Both the position numbers and the translations under genes were made by a program. Below, piece by piece: positions 9,237 to 18,053 of a DNA stretch of 40,286 nucleotides. Origin of the DNA: an uncultured Dehalococcoidia bacterium (GTDB lineage Bacteria; Chloroflexota; Dehalococcoidia; Lucifugimonadales; UBA3495); the NCBI GenBank assembly GCA_950072105.1, contig CATMOE010000033.1, positions 1-40,286 on the forward strand, written 5' to 3'. Position 1 is the stretch's first letter, and every line of letters starts with the position of its first letter. The notes under the pieces were generated by a model. That model did not search any database, had not been told where the DNA came from, and saw only the letters and a program-made list of their open reading frames with translations.

Positions 9237-10832
9237 ATGGCGATATACGACGTTGCTATCCGAGGCGGAAGAGTTGTGGATGGCGCCGGCAACCCCTGGT
9301 ATTACTCGGATATCGGGGTTCGAGACGGGAAGATAGTCCGCATCGGAAGTATCTCCGCCTCCGACGCGGATAAAGTCATCGACGCCGGCGGGCTGGTGGT
9401 GTGCCCCGGATTCATAGACCTACATACCCACAGCGACGTGACTGTTTTGGCCGATGGAGACGCCCAGAGCAAGGTGCGCCAGGGGGTGACTTTGGACGTC
9501 ATCGGCGAAAGCAACAGCGTCGGCCCAGTGGAAGGCCCCGCCGCCGCCGAATACCGGGAGGAGCAATTGCTCAGGTACGGCGTGGACGTAACCTGGACCG
9601 ACTTCACCGGCTATTTCCAGCAGTTGATCTCCCAAGGGACGTCCATCAACATCGCCTCCAGCGTGGCGCCGCAGCAGATCAGACGGGCGGTGGTGGGCTT
9701 CGACAACCGCGCCGCAGAGGCAGATGAGCTGGAAAAGATGAAGTCACTGGTATCCCAGGCGATGGAACAAGGCGCGGTCGGTCTATCCGCGGCGTGGCAC
9801 TCCGGCGGCCCTGAGTACGTGGACGAACTGATCGAGATGGCCGTGGTGGCGGCCCAGTACGGAGGCTACTACGGCACCCACGTGGGCAGCGAGGGTTTCG
9901 ACATCGGGACCGAGTTGGACAAGACCTTCCAGATCGCCCGAGCGTCGGGAATTCCGGTCCATATCTACCACCTGAAGATCCGTGGCCGGGAGCATTGGGG
10001 ACAGATCGGGGGGGTTATCGATGCGATTGAGTCGGCGTTAGCGGAAGGCTTGGAGGTGACTGCCGACCAGTACCCATACACCGCCATGCAGCACCCGTGG
10101 CATCGCCTCATGCCCCGGTGGATCCAGGACGCGCCCCGCTCCGAAACCATTCCCCAATTCCGCGATCGCCAGTTCCGCGACCGGGTGAAAGCAGACCCTG
10201 AGTTTGACCAATACGTGAAGGAACACGGAGGCTGGGAGGGCGTCGTTATGTCCATCGTGGCTGACGAGTCGCTAAAGCCCGACGAGGGCAAAACGGTGGC
10301 GGACATCGCCCGTCAGCGAAACAACGCCGACCCGGTGGAGACCTGCTTCGACCTGGTGGCGGAGAACGGGGCCTTCCCCGGCGGGGTATATCACACCATG
10401 TCCGAGGAAGACGTTCGGACGGTGATGCGGCTGCCCTGGATATCGATCGCTTCCGACGGCAGCGCCCTCAACGACCAGGTTGCCGGACTGCCCCATCCCC
10501 GCAGCTTCGGGAGCAACAGCCGGGTGCTGGGGACCTACGTGCGGGAGCAGGGCGTGTTGCCCCTGGAAGAAGCCATCAGGAAGATGACCTCCCTGCCGGC
10601 CCAAGTCCTCCGCTCCCAGGACCGCGGACTACTTCGGGAAGGGTGCTGGGCCGACATCGTTGCCTTCGACCCGGCAACGGTCGGCGAAAGGGGCACCTTC
10701 GAGAACCCCAAACAGTACTGCCAAGGGGTGGAACACGTCCTAGTCAACGGTGTCCCAGTAATAACCCACGCCCAACACACCGGCGCCCGCCCCGGGATGG
10801 TTGTCTACGGACCGGGGTATAGAGGGGGGTAG
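9237..10832 (+). CDS. D-aminoacylase (N-acyl-D-amino-acid deacylase) family protein
   Basis: PGFIDLHTHSD, QGVT, ADQYPY, SDG...PHPRSFG, IRKMTSLPA, DRGLL; GGGAGG SD. Confidence 0.93.
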   Translation: MAIYDVAIRGGRVVDGAGNPWYYSDIGVRDGKIVRIGSISASDADKVIDAGGLVVCPGFIDLHTHSDVTVLADGDAQSKVRQGVTLDVIGESNSVGPVEGPAAAEYREEQLLRYGVDVTWTDFTGYFQQLISQGTSINIASSVAPQQIRRAVVGFDNRAAEADELEKMKSLVSQAMEQGAVGLSAAWHSGGPEYVDELIEMAVVAAQYGGYYGTHVGSEGFDIGTELDKTFQIARASGIPVHIYHLKIRGREHWGQIGGVIDAIESALAEGLEVTADQYPYTAMQHPWHRLMPRWIQDAPRSETIPQFRDRQFRDRVKADPEFDQYVKEHGGWEGVVMSIVADESLKPDEGKTVADIARQRNNADPVETCFDLVAENGAFPGGVYHTMSEEDVRTVMRLPWISIASDGSALNDQVAGLPHPRSFGSNSRVLGTYVREQGVLPLEEAIRKMTSLPAQVLRSQDRGLLREGCWADIVAFDPATVGERGTFENPKQYCQGVEHVLVNGVPVITHAQHTGARPGMVVYGPGYRGG

Positions 10833-10837
10833 GGGGC

Positions 10838-10896
10838 TGGTGGTAGTGGACTCGGACCACTGACTTCTTGCGTGTCGAGCAAGTACTCTAACCAAC
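10838..10896 (-). pseudogene. degenerate tRNA-Val(GAC) 3' fragment
   Basis: Minus strand GTTGGTTAGAGTA-CTTGC-TCGACAC-GCAAG-AAGTC-AGTGG-TCCGAGT-CCACT-ACCACCA: D-loop remnant, intact anticodon arm (GAC), T-arm with TTC>TCC, shortened acceptor strand ending CCA, no pairing 5' acceptor strand. Confidence 0.8.
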
Positions 10897-10978
10897 GGCT
10901 GGGGCTGTGTAACAGCGCCATTTTCCAGGGCGATAAACTAGCCTATGATTCCACACGAGCCTGGCCTGGCAAGTCAAG

Positions 10979-11013
10979 ATGACGGGCATCCTAAGAGGGG
11001 ATAAGGCCCGAGG
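10979..11013 (+). repeat. direct repeat copy 1 (perfect core CTAAGAGGGGATAAGG, 10991-11006)
   Basis: Matches 12350-12384. Confidence 0.75.
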
Positions 11014-11082
11014 TCTGCTAGGAGACTAGGTAGGACTATCCCACCCAGCCCCCGGCTTTAGTTATCGGGTCTGGGCGAGTGC

Positions 11083-12032
11083 CTAATGACGCTTGTTGTT
11101 CCCGTAGAACCGCCAGAAGTATTTGAGGGGTATGTCTTGGACGACGCGTTTGGTAACAGTCGTGTTTATTTTCCCCTTCTTGTTGCACATGCTGAACTGT
11201 TTGATGAATTCAGAGGGGACCAGCTCCAGGGTCCAGATGGGTATTCGGGTTCCGCGAGGCACGCCGAAAGTTGCGACCCATGGATCATTTACGGTGATGA
11301 TGCGGTCAAAGTGGGCCCGCAACATCAGGCCTCGAGTTTCTTTAAATACGACGGCGCACTCGTCCTTGCCGATGGGCTCCGTGACTAGAACTTCCTCATC
11401 CCAACCGCCGCGGAACCATCGGGGAACAAAGGGGCTCCGCAGTTTGACCGAATAAGAAGGTCGAATCGCTGGTCTACCGTCGATAGCATCTTGAACCGGA
11501 CGCTCCAAGCCGTTCGCTTCGTCCAGCAAGGGGGCTAATTGATCACATTCTTCTGCGGTGGCAACGTCCCCTCTAGGATCGCATTTGAGTGTCGCCTTGC
11601 CGACCGCTTGGGCGACTTCGTGCATCTGTTCGATGAACAGCTTCATGTCCACAGCTTGACCTTTGGCTTCTTGGGATCGCCCGTTTTGGACAAACTGTTC
11701 CAGTGCAGCGGCTAATCTCATCTCGGCAGCGCCTACAGCTTCATGAGCTTTTTGGGTTTGGTCAGCCAATTCCCCATGGGTAGGCAAAGCGCGCAGACCA
11801 CCATAGAGAATTTCCAAGCTGTCATTGATGGCCGCTTCGGCAGCTTCTGGCCCTGGGTCGTTCTGGAGAACGTTGATTATCTGCTGTAATCTCTGGTCCA
11901 TCGAGCTACCAGGTGGAACTTGTGCCAGAGCGGTGTCTGGTTGAGGCCAGAGTCCCACGGCCAAAGCTACGCCTAGCACAGCTAGTGCAGCCAGCCCAGC
12001 GGCTACCAACTTGATCCGTTATCTAATCTCAT
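11083..12032 (-). CDS. hypothetical exported protein; probable 1-nt frameshift near the start (in-frame part 11083-12009)
   Basis: 308-codon ORF with hydrophobic signal/ALA motif; best SD+ATG (GAGAGGT-ACCTC-ATG, 12032) is 23 nt from the frame. Confidence 0.7.
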
Positions 12033-12349
12033 GAGGTACCTCTCTATATTCGCAAGTGCGATTTGGCTTGAATGTCCCGGCCGTGGATTGTTGCTTACAA
12101 ACAAGTCCTTTGTTCCCAGTGATCTGGTTATTACACCGTCGGTCCTCCTTGTTTAATATAGATTTTTCCGCCCCTGTGGCATACCGCGAATAATGTAACA
12201 GCAGAAGGGTCACCGTACGGTCACCAATTAGGAGGATGAGTTCCGGGGCGCAAGGTCCAGCACGTCAACAAAATTCCTACTCCTCCTGGGCCCTGGCAGG
12301 CATTGGGATACTGGGCAGTGGCCCGGTTAGGGCTTTGGTCGACTTGGCC

Positions 12350-12384
12350 ATGGCAGGCTTTCTAAGAGGGGATAAGGAATGAGG
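12350..12384 (+). repeat. direct repeat copy 2 (perfect core CTAAGAGGGGATAAGG, 12362-12377)
   Basis: Matches 10979-11013. Confidence 0.75.
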
Positions 12385-12641
12385 CTACCGGAAGATTATA
12401 CGGCCGGCCGATGGGGACCTCGCTAACCGAGCGGCGCCCCTTAGACCACCCGGCCCCGGTCCGCTACTTTGGATTAGGACAGGTGGGGCGGAGGGCTAAG
12501 CTGGCGGGTAGGGGGTCGCCAACTATAGTCACCACCTCTTCTGCTATGTGGCCGGTTTTCCCCGAGATGGGCGAGGAATCCTGGGTTAACTAAAATCGCC
12601 GAGGTGCGGTTCGTAAGCTTGCCCAAACATAACAACAACCG

Positions 12642-13202
12642 TCAACGATTTCGAATAGTCATAACGCGGAGAAAAAAGTAGCCGAGCACGACATAAGTTA
12701 GGCCACTGATTAAAATCAGGAACTTGGGGATCGCGCACCATCGGGCTACCAAAGGCCATAGATCAAGTTGTGTTCCTAATAAAATTCGAATCAAGGCGTA
12801 ATTCTCCATCGCGTCCAAGAGTGCGGCGCCAATTGTCGCCCATGCGAAGAAGATCCCCAAGCGGAACATGACGGTGTTCCTCTCAGAGAAACGGGTGGTT
12901 AATAGCACACATGCCAGTGAGAGGCAGATCCCATAGGAGACAAGGAATAGATAATCGAGTCCTAGGTTCAAGCCCGCATTGACCCGCCCTTCCGGCCCCC
13001 ACGACGCAACAATGGCATTAGAGCGCGCGATCTCTCCGGCTAATTGAAACGAGACTATGCCCTTGGGCGAATCCTCAGTCTTTAAGGGTTGCCCAATCAC
13101 TTGCAGTCCCGCCCCCACCAGCACCGTAAAAACGAATACCCCTAATAGGGCCCGTTTCCGGTCCGATAAGGGCAGCCATTCAAAAGGATGTCGGAGGCTC
13201 AT
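12642..13202 (-). CDS. hypothetical integral membrane protein
   Basis: About four hydrophobic segments; LDYLF..Y, DAMEN and PKF motifs; GAAGG SD. Confidence 0.78.
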   Translation of the reverse strand: MSLRHPFEWLPLSDRKRALLGVFVFTVLVGAGLQVIGQPLKTEDSPKGIVSFQLAGEIARSNAIVASWGPEGRVNAGLNLGLDYLFLVSYGICLSLACVLLTTRFSERNTVMFRLGIFFAWATIGAALLDAMENYALIRILLGTQLDLWPLVARWCAIPKFLILISGLTYVVLGYFFLRVMTIRNR

Positions 13203-13237
13203 TTGGCACTTTCCTTCAAGGCCGGCATCGCCAGCCC

Positions 13238-14032
13238 TCAGTAACTAACCCCTCTCCCCGCTCCCCCCTCCACGGCGATGGTTTGGCCGGTGATGGCGGC
13301 GGCTTTTTCGGATACCAGGAAGAGGACTAGGTTGGCGATCTCTTCGGGCTCCACCATGCGGCCGATGGGGATCTCGCTGACCGCGCGGCGCTCCGCTTCC
13401 TCGACGGTGATGTTGGCGTCGCGGGCGCGGCGTTCTAACAGTTGGACTTGCCGGGGGGTGCGGGTGGTGCCGGGGTGGATGCAGTTGACCAGGATGCCCA
13501 GGTGGGCTACTTGGTCGCCCAGGTTTTTGGCGATGTTGGAAACGGCCGAGTTGGTGACCCCGTTGCTGTTGGTGAGGTTGCCGGCGTTCCGGGCCGCCAT
13601 GCCGCCGATGTTGATGATGCGGCCGCCGCCCCGGCGCTCCATGTGGGGAACGACCTCCCGGGAGCAGCGCACGTAGCCCATCACCTTCACGTTGATGTGG
13701 TTCAGCCAGTCTTCGTCGGACAGTTCCAAGAAGGGCGCGGCCACCGAGTTCACCGCGTTATTCACCAGGATGTCCACCCCGCCCAGCTCCGCCACTGTGG
13801 TGGCGACCAGGTTCTGGATGTCCTCAAGCATGGTCATGTCGGCCCTGACCGGAAGAATGGTGCGGCCCGTGAGTTCCGATATCTCGGCCGCCGCCATCTC
13901 CAGGTCTTCCACTCCCCGGGCGCAGATGGCCACGTTGGCCCCTTCCTGAGCCAGGCCAAGGGCCGTGGCCCTGCCGATGCCTTTACTGCCACCGGTGACG
14001 ATGGCCACTTTCCCCTCAAGTCCCAGTTCCAT
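13238..14032 (-). CDS. short-chain dehydrogenase/reductase (SDR)
   Basis: TGGSKGIG, DILVNNA, VNCIHPG, ITGQTIAVEGG; the YxxxK position reads NGVTN (atypical). Confidence 0.92.
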   Translation of the reverse strand: MELGLEGKVAIVTGGSKGIGRATALGLAQEGANVAICARGVEDLEMAAAEISELTGRTILPVRADMTMLEDIQNLVATTVAELGGVDILVNNAVNSVAAPFLELSDEDWLNHINVKVMGYVRCSREVVPHMERRGGGRIINIGGMAARNAGNLTNSNGVTNSAVSNIAKNLGDQVAHLGILVNCIHPGTTRTPRQVQLLERRARDANITVEEAERRAVSEIPIGRMVEPEEIANLVLFLVSEKAAAITGQTIAVEGGAGRGVSY

Positions 14033-14065
14033 GATCCGCTCCTTGGTAGTTGGGGATAACGGGCG

Positions 14066-14872
14066 TTAATTCGCGGTGGTCGAAGCCTGCTGGGAGGCGA
14101 TTTTAAGGTAGCTGGCGGGAAGCTCTTTGAAGTCGGTCATGAGGGACCCGAAGCCTTCGATCACGTCGTCCATCCCGTTGGCCCGCATGGCGTACCAGTA
14201 GGTCGCGGTATTGATGGCGATGACCGGCTTTTTGAGCCATTTCTCCGCTTCTCCGGCCAGCCGGGCCATGGCCAGATTGGTGCCGCACTGGACCAAAGCC
14301 TCCACGTTATGCTCGTTCAGCTCCAGCAGCGCGTCCAGCAGTTCCTTTTCTGAGATCTTGGACATGGCCGTGGGACTGTCGCAACACAGGCCCTTGATGA
14401 CCACGACCTCGTATCCGCAGTCCTCGAAGAACTTGGTCACGTTTTCGTCGGCCACCGGCCAATAAGGTGTCAACACTCCGATGCGTTTGATGTCGCCGTA
14501 ACATCGGAGCGCCGCTTGGCAGGCGTCGGAACCCATGGCAACGTTGCGGCCGGTCAGCTCGATGATGTGTTTTTTAAGCTCCAAGCTCTGTTCCAAGCCG
14601 CCCCAAAAGGTTTCCGACGACATGCCCATCACCAGGTAATCCGGGTCGCAGGTCATGACCCGGAGCAGAGCGTTGTCCCACTCTTTGCGGATGTGTTCCA
14701 TCAGGCGATTGAAGTCGTCATTGCTGGCCACCGATTCGTTGGGGATCCAGATACGCACGATGTGGTTAGTCACACCGCGAGGCCGCATGTCATCAAACTC
14801 GGGTTGGACCGATGTGTTGGTGGAAGGGACGACGACGCCCCAATTCCCGCGCCATCCCAGCGAGTCTGGCAT
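14066..14872 (-). CDS. maleate cis-trans isomerase / arylmalonate decarboxylase (Asp/Glu racemase superfamily)-like protein
   Basis: GVVVPSTNT, RIGVLTPY, GTNL, EKWLKKPVIAINTA..W..MR..G, GFGSL. Confidence 0.85.
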   Translation of the reverse strand: MPDSLGWRGNWGVVVPSTNTSVQPEFDDMRPRGVTNHIVRIWIPNESVASNDDFNRLMEHIRKEWDNALLRVMTCDPDYLVMGMSSETFWGGLEQSLELKKHIIELTGRNVAMGSDACQAALRCYGDIKRIGVLTPYWPVADENVTKFFEDCGYEVVVIKGLCCDSPTAMSKISEKELLDALLELNEHNVEALVQCGTNLAMARLAGEAEKWLKKPVIAINTATYWYAMRANGMDDVIEGFGSLMTDFKELPASYLKIASQQASTTAN

Positions 14873-14930
14873 AGTTCTACTCCTTTATCTGACCCGATGG
14901 CCGGTATCCAGCAGGCACCGGCCGGGGGGA

Positions 14931-15587
14931 TTATCTCTGGCTGGAGGAAGTGTCGACGGAGGTTATTTCATGTAGCACGGCGATAATCTCGGAAGAGGTC
15001 ATCAAGTCGGCGTATTTCTGCTCCATGTCGAAGAGGTTTGCTTCGTGGGGGCCAAGGGCCCGGTCTCCGACACAATCGGTAGCTACCACAGGCTTGAAAT
15101 TGTAGCTCATGGAATCTATCACCGAAGCCCGCACGCATCCTGAGGTGGTGCATCCGGTCACGATCACCGTATCGACGCCTTTGCTCACGAACCATGCGGT
15201 GAGGTTGGTGCCGAAGAACGCCGAGGGCTGGGTCTTGCGCACGATGTATTCCCCGTCCCAGGGTTTGAGCTGCTCCACGATCTGGCTGCTGAATGATTCT
15301 TCGGTAAGAGTTTTCAACGTTGGGGCCTTCAACGTGAACACGCCGGCGTCGGAGCCGTCTTCGGCATAGACCACCCGGGTGAACGCGACGGGCAGTCCTA
15401 ACGCGCGGGCCTCAGCCAACAGTTCACGGGTGTTTTCGATGGCTTCGCCGATGTTGCCGCCACCGAATTGGTCCGGGTCGGCGAAGCCGTTCACGAAATC
15501 GACGATCAGGAGCGCCGGCCGCTGCCCCATCCCACTGCGATTTCCAAAGCCCTGTTTTTGATAAATATCCAGTTCGCTCAAGGTCAT
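14931..15587 (-). CDS. nicF: isochorismatase-family cysteine hydrolase, maleamate amidohydrolase-like
   Basis: YQKQGFG, LLIVDFVNGFADPDQFGGGNI, RKTQPSAFFGT, TTSGCVRAS, DCVGDRALGPHEANLFDM..KY closely follow NicF as recalled; Asp-Lys-Cys triad intact. Confidence 0.82.
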   Translation of the reverse strand: MTLSELDIYQKQGFGNRSGMGQRPALLIVDFVNGFADPDQFGGGNIGEAIENTRELLAEARALGLPVAFTRVVYAEDGSDAGVFTLKAPTLKTLTEESFSSQIVEQLKPWDGEYIVRKTQPSAFFGTNLTAWFVSKGVDTVIVTGCTTSGCVRASVIDSMSYNFKPVVATDCVGDRALGPHEANLFDMEQKYADLMTSSEIIAVLHEITSVDTSSSQR

Positions 15588-15658
15588 CCCCTCCTGATTG
15601 GGATTCCCATTTGGCTCACCGCCGCCGGGAGTTAGCCCAAATTGAGCCGCCAGCCGTC

Positions 15659-16723
15659 CTACTCCTCTATTTCAACGAACGTCAGGGAATCCTTGGGATT
15701 ATTGACCAAGATATCGTCTATCGCCTCGCCGGTGAATTCCCTGGCCCTCATCCTGGGAACGATATGATTCAAGATGTAATAGTACCCATGCCCGCCGTAC
15801 TTCTCGAGACGGTGCTTCGCGCAAATATCGTGGGCCACCAGGACTTTACGGCCATACCCCTGGGAAGATATCCAGGCAATGTCGTCCATACGCTTGGCAT
15901 CGGAGGGCATGTCGATCTTCGGATTCAGAGTGTAGTAGGAGTTCTCAGTGCCGAAGAGGTCCCACTCCATATAGCACCCGGACTCGGCGATCTTTGTCAG
16001 CGTGTCGCGGAGAAACACGGTGCGGTCCAGATGGCCCATGATAGTGCGGCTTAGGTCTGCTCCGGCCTCGGCGAGAACTTCGATTATCCGCAATGGCGAT
16101 GTTTCGTCCCGGCCTGGGTGGATCAATATGGGTGCCCCGGTCATCCTCTGGGCTCGGGCTGACGCCCGCAAAACCTTTCTTTCGTTGTCCGCCAACGGCC
16201 ATGAGCAACCGATCTCTCCAATGACGCCCGACCGGATGCCGGTGCCGTCAACCCCTTCCATCACATCCCGTACGATCTGCTCAACAATGTCGTCTTCGCC
16301 AAGCCGGTCCATGCCGGACGGGTGGGCATCCGCCACGTAGTACGAAGCGCCCATGATTATGTTCACTCCGGTGGCATTGGAGATGCGAAACAGCCCCGAA
16401 GGATCACGGCCGATTCCGATGCTGGTCGCCTCCAACATCGAGTTTCCGCCGTGTTGCTTAAACAGCATCACTTCCTCGATGGCGGTGGCGACATCGAATA
16501 ATTGGGCGTTGTCCTCGTTTGAGGCGCCATGATGTCTTATTCGGCCTAATGTCTCCATCGACACCGGCGCGTGGTAAAAACCCATGCCGCTAGCCGTCTG
16601 CGGGGGGCCATGGGCGACGGAAAGGTCTACTAACAGGTGCTCGTGAGTTAACGTTACGCCAAGCCGTTCTGGCTCGATGGGCCCCAGCACAGTCTGTACC
16701 TTGCCGGCTAGATCCTTATTCAC
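15659..16723 (-). CDS. phosphotriesterase-related protein (PTER-like)
   Basis: GKVQTVLG, TLTHEHL, GEIGCSWPL, IHPGR, GHLDRT, DLFGTE, VAHDI, KYGGHGY; GTG start with GGAGG SD. Confidence 0.92.
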   Translation of the reverse strand: MNKDLAGKVQTVLGPIEPERLGVTLTHEHLLVDLSVAHGPPQTASGMGFYHAPVSMETLGRIRHHGASNEDNAQLFDVATAIEEVMLFKQHGGNSMLEATSIGIGRDPSGLFRISNATGVNIIMGASYYVADAHPSGMDRLGEDDIVEQIVRDVMEGVDGTGIRSGVIGEIGCSWPLADNERKVLRASARAQRMTGAPILIHPGRDETSPLRIIEVLAEAGADLSRTIMGHLDRTVFLRDTLTKIAESGCYMEWDLFGTENSYYTLNPKIDMPSDAKRMDDIAWISSQGYGRKVLVAHDICAKHRLEKYGGHGYYYILNHIVPRMRAREFTGEAIDDILVNNPKDSLTFVEIEE

Positions 16724-16807
16724 TTGATGCGCCTCCGATTCCGAGCACTTAAGGGTAATTTCAAAACTTCCCCATACATGGTATTACAACCGGCGGTTGG
16801 CGATAGG

Positions 16808-17098
16808 TCATTCGCCGCTATCGTCGTACAGAAACGTTTTGATCGACTCAGGTTCCATCAATGGGTAGATCTCAAACTCCGCTGGAATGAGATCCGCCCA
16901 CTCATTAAGGAGCCGGTGTAGCGTTTCGTGAGAATCTACGTCGAATACCACGACCGCGCCACGGCCGGTGCGCGGGTACACCGAACGGGCGAGGCCATTG
17001 TCTAGTTTGTCTTGGATCCACGGCCAGTATTTCTTTCGTTGATCCCGAACATCAGACGGACGCGTCGGCGCGGGGGTGCTGATCACGAGAAATAGCAT
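16808..17098 (-). CDS. small dimeric alpha/beta-barrel protein (DUF3303/muconolactone isomerase-like)
   Basis: MLFLVIS...GRGAVVVFDVDSHETLHRLLNEW..FEIYPL pattern; AGGAG SD. Confidence 0.75.
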   Translation of the reverse strand: MLFLVISTPAPTRPSDVRDQRKKYWPWIQDKLDNGLARSVYPRTGRGAVVVFDVDSHETLHRLLNEWADLIPAEFEIYPLMEPESIKTFLYDDSGE

Positions 17099-17200
17099 TT
17101 ACACTCCTATATATCAGACTAAGGTCAATCATGAAAACGTTGCTTCCCAAATACTGGCGTCGCCGCTAGGCATTTAAAAGTCGCGAAATCCCGGTTGCCG

Positions 17201-17824
17201 CTACCGTGGCAGGAAAGTGTGGTCGGCGTTAACATAAGGCCCTATTGTTTCTTTTATTCGATGTGTGGTGGTTGTGATGTTGAACTGGAATCGTTGGTTC
17301 GCTCTTGGATTCGTTATCGTCCCCATGCTTACCTTGACGCCTTTCCTGCTAGTCGCTCCGGGGTTGGAATGGGCCCGCCGTGGGGTGAGCACGGTTCTCC
17401 ATGATTTAACGATCAACCCCCGGGTCTCATTGCCTCCCCAGTAATCGTTAGTAAATCTGGAAGAGCGCTTGTCGATCAAGCGATCTAACCGAACGAACTG
17501 TGATGCAGCTCCGGTGGTGGAACCAACCTCTGTCTCGCACGGCTATTTGCAGGATTTGGAGTAATACACTCCCCAGTGCCCGCCATCCTTCAGGATATCG
17601 TCTCCTTCTTCACTTCGATTAATCACCTCCCAGATCTGCCGTGTATCTGTTGGGCAATTGAGCACCATACGCACGTCCATGGTCACTCCCCACAACGCCC
17701 GGTGGATCGGCAATTCATTGGACATATGGATGCCTGTCACCGCTATATAGAGCACGATGAGGAAGGCACTAATCACTTTCAGTATGGTTCCCTTGGCTTC
17801 GAATAATAATTGCATACCGCTCAC
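17201..17824 (-). pseudogene. hypothetical membrane-anchored protein interrupted by one in-frame TAG (17543-17545)
   Basis: ORFs 17543..17824 and 17201..17479 are in the same frame; the intervening 21 codons are open. Confidence 0.45.
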
Positions 17825-18053
17825 CGCTTAAAGACTCGCCCGGTTGGCTCACGTATCTACTACTGGAAAAGTTACCGCAAAAGTTGCAGGGCTATAGCGC
17901 CAGTATGATTCTGACGTGTCCGCTACGGGGAATCAACACCCACGAATCCTCTTTCACGAATTCCCAATTTAACCGGAGACGTGGGCGACGTCGCATTCGG
18001 ATATAATCTCCTTGGATCCTGTTGAGCAATATTGAGTTTTTAGGGAGGGACCG

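Noticed and set aside
10838..10910. Functional tRNA-Val
   Set aside because: No acceptor-stem pairing, broken D-stem 5' strand and mutated T-loop.
10979..12384. CRISPR array from the ~35-bp repeats
   Set aside because: Only two diverged copies, 1.37 kb apart; no spacer periodicity and no cas genes.
12019..12593. ORFs 12019..12213 and 12411..12593
   Set aside because: No recognisable protein features; they overlap the promoter region and the direct repeat.
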